Shown in pieces: positions 12,936 to 26,060 of a stretch of DNA of 64,000 bases. Under the pieces are notes generated by a model. That model did no database searches. It had not been told where the DNA came from and saw nothing but the letters and a program-made list of their open reading frames with translations. Source of the DNA: Lingula anatina (taxonomy: Eukaryota; Animalia; Brachiopoda); the NCBI GenBank assembly GCA_051362555.1, contig CM120641.1, positions 29,332,401 through 29,396,400 of the forward strand, written 5' to 3'. Position 1 is the first letter of the stretch. The number at the start of each line of letters is the position of its first letter. Made by a program: the position numbers and the translations under genes.

Positions 12936-14635
12936 TTTTATCATATATCATTTTATTTATTTCTACCCAAGACAACAAATAATTTATAGTGTTTCCCCCA
13001 TCTCGTAAGAGATTATCAGAGGTTAGTCATCTGTGAAGGTCGAGCACTTAATCCATATTATTATACATGTATATATATAAGAACTAGTAAGTATGTGTAC
13101 ATAAGCAAAAATGGAGAATTATTTAAACTCCCTTATATAAACTGCATCTTTTTCTTTCTTTATTTTTTTTAACTACTTTTTCTGTGCTTCACATGGTTCT
13201 GCTAAAAGTACTGTAAGGTTTGTGTGAATAAATATACTTCAAGTGTTTTGGTACTACAGTTTTGTACTTTCTGCTATTATTTAGTTACCAACGACATTGC
13301 TTAAAAGCGAGCATGTATGTGCAAAACTCTCGACTCAATCTTTCAAAGGTTTAAGCTCGGTGGATTATACATGTACAGCACTTAAAACAGTACACAGTGA
13401 ACAATTATTCACTTATAAAACTTCAAGTTACAGGCTCTTAATATGAATAATTAATTATGTAGCTTAAATATGTTTACTTACATATTGCATTTTTGCTTTC
13501 TTCTTATTTTTATTACTTTTAATTTGATTCAAATTTACTTCAGAATCATTTTAATTATCATTTATTACTTGAATTAAATGGCCAATATATAGATCATGAT
13601 ATACCATCCAACACAAAGGTCTGCAAACAGCAGTTTTATCAGACATAAATCAATCAAATCCCTGATTTTAATTAAACAACTTTAGTCTTAAGAGACTGCT
13701 AGGTAGCTAATACTTAAAAGAGACAAAAGAGCATGTACATTTTAAAAGTAGTGAATTTAGTATCTGAGCATACCACTACATTTTTGCTTTGAACATTTGT
13801 CTTGGTAATAATGGATCATATTATTATGATGTGGATTGCTTTGCCTATTAACATATGTGGGGATAAATATAATTAATTAACTGCATGCACAAGTATGTAG
13901 GTGTAGTACATTTATAAATGTATGGACCCTCCAGGCCCAAGGTCCCATAAACATAAATTGTGGCAGTGCCACAGCTATGTGAATTTGGTTTTAAATTTAT
14001 CTTTTAAATACTATAAAAATAACTTGATATTTTAAAGCATTAAATCCTAATCATAGTTCCTTTTTTTCAAGATAATTTTGACTCATACTAGAATATTTCC
14101 TATTTGTCTGTGATCAAATACATACACACAAAGTGCTTAACATTAGTAATTTTATTCAGTTATACTGTATATATAAATCTATGCTAAAATGTCTCAGAAA
14201 ATTAAATATTAATCGAAAGGGAAACATGAATAAGAAATTAATATATAAAATATTACTGATAACAAGAAAATCCTTAAGTTAGATATGTAAAACAAAGTGC
14301 TGATATATACTATTATTTATACTTATAGGCCAATTTTTTTAAAATAAACTCCACACCCAAGCATCCTGATATAAGGATTTGTGAATAAAAGTCCATTATT
14401 ACAATAGAACAAAACCAAATACATAATTTTGCACTTTAATGAATGCAGAAGATTAAGTTGATTAAGTTGCTAGAGTTTTCCATTTTTATGCAATCTATGC
14501 CAAAGTCTTTTTTAACAGTGTTTATAAAACAATTATAATATTTTTCGTCATCTCACTTGCCAAATACCACCCAGGCCCAGAAGTTCACTGGCCGATTCTA
14601 AAAAAAAATAATAATAATTATTATAATAATAATTA

Positions 14636-14666
<31 letters not shown>

Positions 14667-15206
14667 AAATAATAAACAACAACAATAATAATAAAAAACA
14701 AATAAATAACTTATAGAATTAAATATATAAATAAATAAATAAAAACACTTAAACTTATTGAGGTTAAACGGGCTAAATATTACAAATAAATCAAAAACAT
14801 GGGATTTTGAAAAGGTAATTATAAATAAAGGCAACATTCTGTCTGAACATTTATAAAACATTAATTTTAAAATAATCAATTGAAAATGCTTGTAAATAAT
14901 TAACAAACCTGCTACCTCTAACGCTGCTGCTTCAACATATTTGATGTCCGATCTCTTAAAACGACATACGTCATCATTTTGTGAGTGTGAATACAGCGCA
15001 CCAAGTGGTATGAAAAATAACTAGTTTTCACACGAAGCCCTCTATTGGCAAAATCCCCTAGCCCATCTTAGAATATTACTTCCATCTTAGAATATTACTT
15101 CCGACCTTATCGAGTCAATAAGAATGTGCGCATGCCTATTCCTCACTGTAAACCTAATTTATTCTGATCAGTCTAGATGCAAACGGAATATAGGCCAAGA
15201 AGAAAA

Positions 15207-18200
15207 ATGGAGGGTCTGCCACGTCAATTCATGCCAATTTTATTTCAATTGTTTGGCCTAGTTTTTCTTTGTGGTAAGTCAGCACCCATATATATTATCT
15301 GTAACTTAATGTATGGAGTATTTCAGTTCAAACCTTTTCATTTGTCTTTGAATTCAAGTATTTTCATATAAATTAGTGACAGTTGACGCCTACAGTCAGT
15401 GTGCGCATGTCCTACTCTATATACACTATGCGTGAACACTCAATATTTTATTTGATACAAAATTAGAAAAATCCGAGATGAATATGAAAAGTAAGTTATT
15501 TCGACTTGTGCATCATCTTCTGTTGGTTGTTATTTTGTGCTAAATTTCCTTTCGTAAGTATTCTACTTCACAAAATTGCCATTATTTTTTACTTCCGGTT
15601 TCGTGTTCCATTGAAATTCTTAGTCATAGCAAGGAGGTTAAAGAGAGAAAATTCCTTGGTTGCATAAAGCACTTTTAATTCGTCGTCATAGGCATTTTGC
15701 CTATATAAACCCTATTGGCCAAGTGAATGGCTTTTCAACCGTTATTAAGAGCAAAGAAATACGTGCCTGCACTTGGAATAAATTTCAAATGCCTTTTATT
15801 ATTTATTTATATTTTGTTTTTATTTTATTTCACTATTATTATTGTTATTTTTCCAAGTTGCGCTACATGCATTTAAAGTTGATGTTTTAACCATTCATCA
15901 AAAAGTACAGTGTTTTTGAACATTTCGTCCTAGCCATGTTCAGTATTATAAACATCTTGTAACCACCAAACCCTAAAATCGCTATACAATGGACAGTCTA
16001 ATAAAAAGTGCTCTTAACACTCCTCTACTCTCAATTTAAAGCTTGAACAAATCATCTTATCCTAGACTTGCCACAATATCCCTCTTCAACAATTTCAAGT
16101 TGATTCTGCAAATCAAAAATGCATTAAACTTATAAATAGTGAGCTTTATCAAATAGCCTACTGTTATGTAAGAGACCTTGCTTAAAGTAAGCCTTGATGA
16201 CTAAGACTGGGTTCCCGTGTCTAGATTGATCCATCTGGAGCGGTCTAACTCCCTGGGGAGTCTCATTAAATTGCAATCAACTAAACCGACTTAAATGTCT
16301 GTCATGTCTACCGAATCAGCTAGGGTAAAGATAATTACCCCCTTACAGCTTTACGAGCGTGACAGACATTTAAGCCGTTTGGTTGATAGCAATTTATTGA
16401 GACTATCGAGTAAGACCGCTCTAGATGGATCGATCTAGGCATGGGAACCCAGCACAACAAAGAAACAGTTTCTCTGAAATGTTGCTAATCTTCTCATCAA
16501 TGCCAGGCCACACCTAACTCAAATTCGTTGAGATATTAGATATTGAATGATATAGGTTTTCAATATTATTTTTTGAAAAAAAACCCTGCCTTCTTTTTTC
16601 AGTCTTGCTACATGTATAAAAGTTTTTTCCGGGAATTATGGAATACTGCAATTTGCACGTTATTTACTGCTTAACCCTTACTTGTATACAGGCCAATTTC
16701 GCTTAAAATCACAAAATGAACGCATTACAACAAATTTTCAATATGTTTTATCGGGGCTGATATCGCCAAGACTCCCTATAAATAACTGTATATATGACTG
16801 AGACCTCATATAAGTGAAAATGAATGAAAATTAACTAAACTAACTTTGCGTCTGTATTTTGTCCTTTGGCATTGTTTTTTGTCTTTAATACTTAGTTATG
16901 TCTTCTTCGTTATGAAAAGCACCGAAAGGTTTTACATTTATATTGACTTATTTTAGCATATTTATATTACTTATTGACACTGAAGTAAATGAACACAAAT
17001 CTATTCTGATTTTTAAAGGGTTAGTTGGAGGTGACCAATTCAGATGTCCTCTATTTAGTCCGCAACTATATTGCCCACCGGCCGACCAACCACTGTACAC
17101 ACACTGCTGTTCGGGTGGCTGCTGCATGGGCCGCGGAGAACACACATGTGACGGTATGCAATAATATTCAACACGCAAAGAAGAAAAATAAAAAGGACAA
17201 AAAAGCATTAGATTTAATACGAATGAAACAGTGTACACTTTACGACTTTCAGCTGGGCCTTACGACCAAGTAACAGGGGTCTATATCATCCTGAGGTTCT
17301 CCCATGGAGACATAAGAAACGTGATGTAAATTTAAGTCAGAAACATTTTTATACAGGTAAAAAAAACGCAACTTGCTTCATTTACTACTATACCGCTCAC
17401 CCTAAAAGACTGTCAAATTTACATGTGTAAATTATTAAAGGAATTTTGGTGTTTACCTCAAATTCAAATAGCGAAAATATGTGGTTTTTTCAGACAGCGG
17501 AGATGCGGGACGATATTGCCCACAACCTAACGACTCTGCCGATAAAACAGTTTGTTGCACTGTCACAGTAAATGGTATTTCCCAGCCAGGGTGTTGTTCG
17601 CTTTTCCTTGGACTGGCGTAAGTAAACATATATGTACCAGTGCCCCTCGTATGTGTGCATTTTATTAACATTTTTATCAACATGGTAAAAATAAATGCAA
17701 CGCAACATGACATATCATACAGGCCTTCTTTCGCTTTGCACAATCCTTTACGTTTCACAAGAAAGAACGACATTCGTAGAAGGTTGACGACGTCAGAAGA
17801 TAATGATAAGATATCTGAAGATAGTGGGCCTTAAACCTTGGCCCCCGAAGTGGGGACTCAAACAGCTGCTGTTCCATTATTTTGACGAGTACAAACGATT
17901 ACAATATCAAGCATACATATCATGATATCACTTATCATTGTGTGCATCAAACAACATTTTATTTTTGTGTATCAGTAAACATACCATGGACATCATGTAA
18001 ACAATATCACGAAGCTACCACGTTGGCATAGACTTGTACAAAAGCTGAAGGCGTTAGTTGTGCCAGCGTCTGCATGACCAATGGATTCATGTTAATTCAT
18101 CGTATAGATCTTGATGAAAATAGAAGTATATATATTGATGCACCTTTGAATGTACAACTGTAAATAAATGTACAATTATTAGATAATCCCCGAAGAAGGC

Positions 18201-18260
18201 CCAGGGGCCGAAAGCTAGGATTGTATCTTACAACTGTAATGTAGATCTTCAAAGGTGCAG

Positions 18261-18324
<64 letters not shown>

Positions 18325-18533
18325 TTCTATCATGACCATGGAAACGCCTACTGTTCTAATAAAATTTTCTATCTCTCTTTTTTAGTACCTGGGCTATAGT
18401 TCTGATTGTTGTTGGCGTCGTGGTCCTTATTGCCCTGTGTGTGACTTGCTGCTGTTGCTGCTGCGGCGTCTGTGCCAGATCGGGAGGCGATAAAACCGTT
18501 CTCATAACTGGGAATTCTCGTATATACACTTAG
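15207..18533 (+). CDS. Shisa-like single-pass Cys-rich membrane protein, 4 exons
   Basis: Exons 15207-15273, 17019-17153, 17494-17617, 18386-18533 are in frame. Signal peptide MEGLPRQFMPILFQLFGLVFLC; two C..YCP..CC..CC modules; TM WAIVLIVVGVVVLIALCVT followed by CCCCCC; stop TAG. Confidence 0.8.
16202..16452. mobile_element. Near-palindromic MITE; second partial copy at ~35480-35700
   Basis: ctgggttcccgtgtctagattgatccatctggagcggtct mirrored by agaccgctctagatggatcgatctaggcatgggaacccag; the same internal blocks occur at 35480-35700. Confidence 0.75.
18264..18321. repeat. (TA)n microsatellite inside a dispersed repeat also present near 36455-36520 and 39170-39210
   Basis: Direct reading; flank ggattcatgttaattca..gtatagatctt..aaaatagaagtatatata is shared with ~36455. 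Confidence 0.8.
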
Positions 18534-20104
18534 AATTGAAAACACTGAGATGACATTTTTAATTTTTCTACCAGATGGAGTTAAAGGGCGGTTTGAAAAT
18601 AAGAACTGAAAAAGAACCTTTCAAGAAAATTTCCAGTTAAAGTTTTTTAAGTATAAAATTGTTATGTAAATTACCCTTTAATGTCTTAACTATGATTTTT
18701 ACATCTTGTCTTATGTTTTGCTTTAACACTAAAGTATTCTGAGGTTTAAGGATTTTAAAATTTTATAATATAAATTATTAATATCATTAAAGGAGGCTGT
18801 GGAGATATCAATATTCCGAAGCAAGTAAGTATTGGTAAAAAGCAATACTTACGAATTGTATCCGTTAAATTTGAAACTTTGAAGATTCAACGCATAAGGG
18901 ACAATTCAACAAACTATCTCTAACTGTCGTTATCGGTCTTTCAAATGACCGAATCAACTTTGGTCGACTGGATTAAGATGGAATTAGTTAAACCTAGAAG
19001 GGTTGAATATGCAATTAGCTGGAGTTGGCCATTCCGAATAACCACTAGTCTGGGTTGAGACTTTTATATCAGTTTTTACGAATTGATTATTGCCGCAGAG
19101 TAATGTGTCAAAAAGGCGTTCCTCGTGTGTGCAGTCGTTTTAGACATTTTTTTCATATTTAATCTAATTATAATTGTACAGAAGAAATGTCATTTAAGCC
19201 CAGCCAATAATGCGATATTCACTGTAATCTACATTAGGGCTTATACTTGATTGTTAGTAAAGAGCACCGTTTTATACAAATAAATGTAAATAAACCTTAC
19301 TGACTTTGATAAATTTAGTCGTTAATTGTTATGTACAATGCCCGTGAACTTAATACATGTCGTTATGCAATACGTATGTTAAATCGCTAGTAGGGGGCTA
19401 ATTATGTGGATTTATTCCTTCTAGCCTAAATTTTTAGACCAAATTTTTGTGCACTTTGACGCAAGAAGAATCGTTAGTAGTGTAATATAATTAAATATTG
19501 CGCCTGATTGTCATAAGAGAGACATGCCAAATTTTTCAGACCATTACTTTATTCCATTTATGCGAAGTTGACTGCTATGATTGAAGTATATCTGGGTCAA
19601 TGCTAGATCCATGAAATTGATAACTTTATAAAGGCGTTGAAAATCACTCCTCCTCCTCAAAAAAAATAAAAATAAAAATAAAAATAAAAAAAATCGACGA
19701 ATTTTAAAATAATCTTTGTAAAGGAGAAACGTTTTTCCTACAATTTCCCGTGATTAGGTCTATTTCACAAGTGCAACACTGGTGGATCCAGGGCTACTCT
19801 CAGTAGGCCTACCCCCCTCCCCTCCTACACCCACCCCAATGATTAACCTCCAGTAGGCCTACTGACTGTAGGTCCACTGCGTGGTGACAGGTTCGATGAT
19901 TGTATTCAACAGTCGGTCATTAAATCAAGATCAATCAACAGTCTGAATGAAATCGGATGTCAATCTGATAATAGATTAATTCAGATAAACTTTGGAAAAG
20001 TGTACGTAAAGTTATCAGAATTGTGTGCTTTCGTCCAGTGGCACAACGTCATCTGTGACGCACTAAGATTGATGATCGATGACATTTCGAAATACATATG
20101 AATC

Positions 20105-20146
<42 letters not shown>

Positions 20147-20905
20147 AGTAGTCTGTGACAAAAGACCTTTTGATCACCATCGGTGCTTTTGTAGGCCCCT
20201 ATATGGTTTGTTGATTCCTCATAACATTTGGCCCTATGTAATAACGGTAGACCTATTTGTTTTCCACTTTTTATTTGATTAGCCTTATACATCCCCTCTC
20301 TGAGACTTAGTTGATTTTATTACATAGGCTACCTAGGAATCAGTATGCATTTCCTCTCTGTAGTTTGGACAACTGCAACTGATATAAAATATAAACTTCA
20401 AAACCAAAAAACTGAAAATGCATGATTTGTTCGTCATTGGGTAATAGGCCTACTAAACCAACCCCCTTCTTATCTGTCACTAGGGCCTATTTAGTCCTTA
20501 GAAATCAATCAGATAATGACATTCTCTAGTTTTAATTCATGGTTAGTCCCCCGCTTAATTGGAGTTTTCTGGTAATGTGACAAAACGCTCAGGCCAATGC
20601 AAATTCATAGTTTTTTAAATAAGTTTTTTTAATAATTCTCCCTTTTCTTTCCATTTGTTCTTTAATTTTTTTAAATCAGACACAATGTATAGGCCTAATT
20701 GCTAATCCTGGATAGCAATGCAGGGTGCCACGTAGGTTGTAGGCCTAGGTCTAAATCATGTAGAAGAGGAAGAAATTGGAGACGAAAGGACGCAGGCCGC
20801 TGCCATCAATTTTCATGTGATTAAAATTACATCTTTCTTTTAGGTTATTTTAGTGTCTGCATGTAGTGTATCATATCAACAAATTAGGCCTACACCTGAA
20901 CACTA

Positions 20906-21034
20906 CCCTCTACCAGGGCGACAGATTGATTTTTCACAGATAGGGCCTATGTCCCTAGATAAATAGACAGTCATTTTGGTCTGATGCCCCAGCAAAAAAA
21001 TTTCCACAATAATAACTGCGGCCCTGGTAGAGGG
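20906..21034. mobile_element. Tiny MITE with 14-bp TIRs, TA-flanked
   Basis: ta|ccctctaccagggc ... gccctggtagaggg|ta. Confidence 0.65.
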
Positions 21035-22607
21035 TACTTGAACACCATCTATCACACTATCCATCACAATTTTAAGGCGGTTTAATAAATGAAGAATAAA
21101 TAGGCCTATATATCAGTTCTCGTAAGTAGTTGTTCGAAGGCCTTCGAGATACCGTTGCTCCATAATATTGTGAGTTGAAATATACTGTAGCACGGTCAAC
21201 GAACTTGTCCAGTGTGCATGTTATTACTTCAACCGGTGTTGGGCGTACAGGTGTACATGCGCCTTATGCGCGACCCAGTTAGCGTGAGTCTCTTCCAAAG
21301 TAAACGAGACCTCCGCGAGATTTCATAATCCTGAGAGGCCAAGGTCATTCGTTACAGTTGCAGACGCAACTTTATGTGTGTTTTGCACCACGTGAACGAT
21401 TCTCACAGATTCACTTTTAATACTGTTTTGAAAGCTTTCATGAAAAACCTTCGCCACATTCAGACTTGGAAGCAAAGCACTGGCCCTTAACATACATTTC
21501 ATAATAGGTGAGTCGTACCGAAGGATCATCTGTACCCCTACTAGTACTACAGTACGTAACGTACATGTGCAGTGTACAGTGCTAGCCAGTAGGATGTACA
21601 TGTTGTTTGTAACAATAACAATGTAATGACGTTAGTACGTTCGGGAACTATTATTACATGTATGTTCTGTATGTTCTGCTTGCTTGTGTAATGCTGAGGT
21701 ATTAAATTTTATACTGTACTTAATTGATTTATCCATATCCTCGAGATTGGTTAAAGAATTTAGTGGGGATATTTAATAAAAGTAATCCAGGGGGCACATG
21801 TAAAAATATGTATTTTACGTTTCTCTTTCTAATAGCTTGTTATATAATACTCAGCCTGTCACTTGCTTGTCATAATAAGTTTAGTAACTCCTTACTTTAA
21901 CTCTGAATCATGCTTGGCTGTTCTTAACTTAACCAGTACATTGTACCCCAGTACTTTACATACTTTACATCCATCTTAGTTTAGTCACATATGTACATGT
22001 ATTTGTCTGTATGTATTATTTTTGTACATGTACAAACTTAAATTTGGTTTAATTTATCCCCCTGTCACGGCTTATTTTTCAACCCCACAACTTCTAGTTT
22101 CGTATAGTTTGTGCTTAGGTCAATATCATGTATATATCTGTATTTTATATTTCAATTTCCATACTATTCAATGGTATAGGTAACCATTGTACACTGCTGT
22201 CTAGTTAATTTTTATTTACTTTCTTAATATTATAACTTCTCAGTACTTGTACCTGGTATCTCACAATCTAACTCTACTTAAAGCTAAACTTCATATGCAT
22301 TTGAAAATTTTCCAAAGTACTCTCTTTGTCCACATAACTTGCAAAGCTACTTGTACCTTTCCCTATTCAGACTTAAAAAAAAACTTAAAAATAATAGTAC
22401 CTAATGTCAGTAATGTCAATAATTAAAAAATGTCAGTATTTCGTTACTCACTTACCTCCCCTTCCTATAGTCTTCAGAGGTTTTCTGACAGATTTTTTAA
22501 AATCATAATTGTTACCTACAAATGTGTGTATTGAGTATTAGCCTATATTATTTTTTGTACTGTTTTAGTTTTCATTTTAATCCAGGTTTACAAGCAGAGC
22601 AGCAAAT

Positions 22608-22910
22608 ATGTGGCCTGTTATTTGGGCTGCGGTACGCACCTATGCTCCATACGTGATGATGCCTGTTGCCATTACTATTGGATTTATTGGATACAATGCT
22701 GAAACACTGATTCGAGGGACAAAAATGCAAGACTGGAAAAAGAAAAGTATCAGTGAAGAAAGAGAAGAAAGGCAACTGGCGGAAGCAGAAAAAAAGGCTT
22801 CTAAGATTGTCTCCCTACATGATCCTAGTGCTGGCATTATGCCAAAAACAGTTTTAGATAAAAACAAAGCCCGTTCTGAGGTTGGAGGGTCTTTACAGAA
22901 ATCTTCATGA
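22608..22910 (+). CDS. SMIM12: Small integral membrane protein 12 homolog
   Basis: [56 protein letters not shown] closely matches the remembered SMIM12 sequence ([48 protein letters not shown]). Splice acceptor just upstream (~22586); AATAAA at ~23240. Confidence 0.93.
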   Translation: [100 protein letters not shown]

Positions 22911-23517
22911 TGGCACAATGATAAATATAAGTACATTTAAAAGAATTATCTGTTACAAAATTTGACATAATTTTTCTGAAGGATGTCATCAGAAACATTG
23001 GAATTATTTTCCAACACAAGACTTGTTACAATATTCTGCATTCTGTTTGAAATTTTTTCAGAAGGATGTCATCATGAACACTTGGATTATTTTCCAACAT
23101 TAGACTTGTTACAATATTCTGCGAGAAATATTTTAATTCCACACTGATGATGTCATTGACTGTTCTTTGTACATATTGATTCCATGAAAACCATGAGACA
23201 TCACTGTACAAGTATGTAGTAAATTCAGCAAATACTAATAAATAAAAAGTTATGTAGACAACATTTTTATGATAAAGATTGTTTGGCTGGTGTCGGAAGT
23301 AAGCATTTATGTAGAAAAATTAATTTAAGAGAAGTTACATTAGTTGGGTCACCATGAAATATAAATGTGGACAGTTATAATAAGATGAACAAAATGTTAT
23401 TATTGAAACAGCTGTTAAAATAAAATATGCAAAATATTTATTGTAATTTCTTTAACAATTTTTTATAAAATTGGTTTTTATATGTTGAAAGATGTCTTTA
23501 TTTCTAATATTTCTTTC

Positions 23518-24290
23518 AACTAGAGGATCAGAGAGGCAATACCTCCTCCAGGTTTTGTACCACCAGCTGGAGTAAGCGCATTCGTATGGAAAACAAGCTC
23601 TACAAAATGCAGTGAACAAGAGTTCTCAATTTTTTTTTGTAGGAAATAACATTTTATTACAAAATCATGGGGAAAAGTAAAAGGTCAAATGCAAGGTTGC
23701 ACTAAGATTGTGAATATAGGACTTCCCATCCAAGAGATTTTCAATTTTGACATTTAATGGCTGCTTCTCCCGTAATAATGCACCGATTGACCCTAAAGTT
23801 ACGAAGATGAAAGATGAAAGATGACCCTAAATGTATGACATACCTATAATATTATAGGTCTAAGTGTAGTTTCTGAAAATTGGCACAAATAATTTTTTTT
23901 TATATTATTTTTTTTTTTTATATTATAATTTTTTTTTATATTATAGTAAAGGTCAAAGGTCATATCCAAGAGCATATTTAAGATCTCCACGTGTCTTTTG
24001 GTCAGCCACTTTATTAATTTTTTTCCAAAGTTACTTCCGTTTTGGAGGTATTTAGCATTTAATTTTGCAAATTCCGGACAAGGGCGCATTGTCACAACCG
24101 CCACACCTAGACCGGTGAACCGGCAAAGCCCAAAATTTACGTGGATAGAGTTGGCATTATATATGACCTAAATCCCAAGAGATGAGTAGCCTACGGAGGG
24201 TCTTGGGGGAGAAGCAGTAACGGTGACATGGCGGACGAGACGGATCGGACCAATACCATGAGTATCGCCAGCGCCGCGATACACATGGTA
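23518..24290 (-). mobile_element. Second, shorter copy of the HINE-like element in opposite orientation
   Basis: agaggatcagagaggcaatacctcc..ttgtaccaccagctggagtaagcgcattcgtat is the reverse complement of 6315-6380; gcccaaaatttacgtgga and agaagcagtaacgg match the 4880-4985 region. Confidence 0.75.
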
Positions 24291-25239
24291 TATTCCTCCC
24301 ATCCTTAATTTACAGTAGCAGTTCTGGTCTTGGTGCAAGTGTCTAAGGACGACTTTTTTTTATTTACTTATATATTTTAAAATATATTTTATTTATTTTT
24401 ATTTTTGCAAGTTTAGCACGTGCCTCGAATTAGAGCAGGACGGGCAAAAACTAGTGATGGTAACTACTGTTTCTTTTTGAAGTTCAGATATCGGCCGTTG
24501 CTTTATTATTATTATTATTTCATTATTATTTTGATTATCAGCATTGCATCCTTCTCGGTGCAATCGATGTAAATTCTTTTGAAGTGATACAAAGCACTTA
24601 CGGGAAAATCGTTTTATCTCGAGAACACACATCACTCAATGGGTTTAGAACATTTGACAAAAACATTTTTGGAAAACAATAGAAGACAGAGAAGTCTGGA
24701 TGTCTTTCTATCAGTAGAAAATCATTATGCAGAGAATGTGCAGACACGTTAAAAGGTTACCATGATATCAGAAATATATTAACAGTTGCAGTTACACTGT
24801 AAGTCCGCTAACTATATCTTGCACAATCCGTGCAGTGGATTCACGTTATGCTCCTTATTTCCCCGGAGATTCGGGGCACTGAAAAACTACACTGTGGATG
24901 TGTACCTTGTTTGTTTTAATCGTTAGGTGAGACAAAGTTACAGCCTAGTACAGAGGAAATGATCTTTTGATGCAATGCTTCATACTTTGTTATATTTTCG
25001 CTCCTTTAAAAACAAACTCAGCACCGTCGGTTGACACACTCGCTTCATCAGTACGCTAACGCAACAACCGCAATCATTTTCTGCCTAAGAGCTCCTTTCC
25101 TCATTCATTTCGCTCCTACAACAGAAGATACTCCTGTGTATGTAGTTGGGTACATATTCCTTCTCAGCTCTACTGAATTTTCACTAATGGCATTCCCCTC
25201 GCTGCTGGAAACGATCACCATTGCAAGGTCAGGCCGATG

Positions 25240-26028
25240 TCAACGTGTGACGTCAAAATTGTCAACTAGGCCAAATATGCCTGCAAAAACACCCATTGTC
25301 ATGGCGATACAGCATAATCCGTATGAATAATGAAGTTCTTGAAAGTAGTAGTCCGGGAAGTTGACTCCAAATGACACAACGCCAACGACCAGCAATAGAT
25401 CTGAAACATATGAAAAGAAGTGTTTCGCATTTAGTGTTTTTAAATGAAAAAAGGACTTTTTTGTGAGATTTTTTCATTCCATCCATCGACATCGGTGGTC
25501 TGTACTAAGCCCAAACTTTGTTGCCATAGCTGGTGTGGGTGGGCCTACAGAATGAAACCTACGGCAAACCTCTATTGCTACATTGCACACTTATTGCCAC
25601 TGAAAACTGAAAATTCGGTTATAATTAAACGCGATTTCACATTTATCAAAATGAAAATTTGAGGCCCATTTACGGAAACCGTATTGTAGTACCTAGCTCA
25701 GGTTTAATACTGCCATTGAGGCCATTTTAATAGCTGCTCTTGTGTGGGTGAAAATCGGGAAACAGAAAAAAAGAAAGCATTTTACCACAAAATGCTAATA
25801 CATGTCACATGCTGAACTTTTGGCTTTTGCTCAAACAATGGGGCTTTGGATAAACATAATCAGAGAATGGAAAACATATATATTATCACTTCAGAAAAAA
25901 ATATGTAATGAAAATACGCTCTTAAGTTTATATCCATAGATTATCAGAATTATACGTAATGAAATTATATATGTAATGAAAATACTCTCTTAAGTTTATA
26001 TCCATAGATTATCAGAATTATAGTTTTC

Positions 26029-26060
<32 letters not shown>

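Noticed and set aside
14940-15050. Possible right terminus of the MULE element (..ctagttttcacacgaagcccctctatt)
   Set aside because: No matching inverted copy or TSD is visible in the window.
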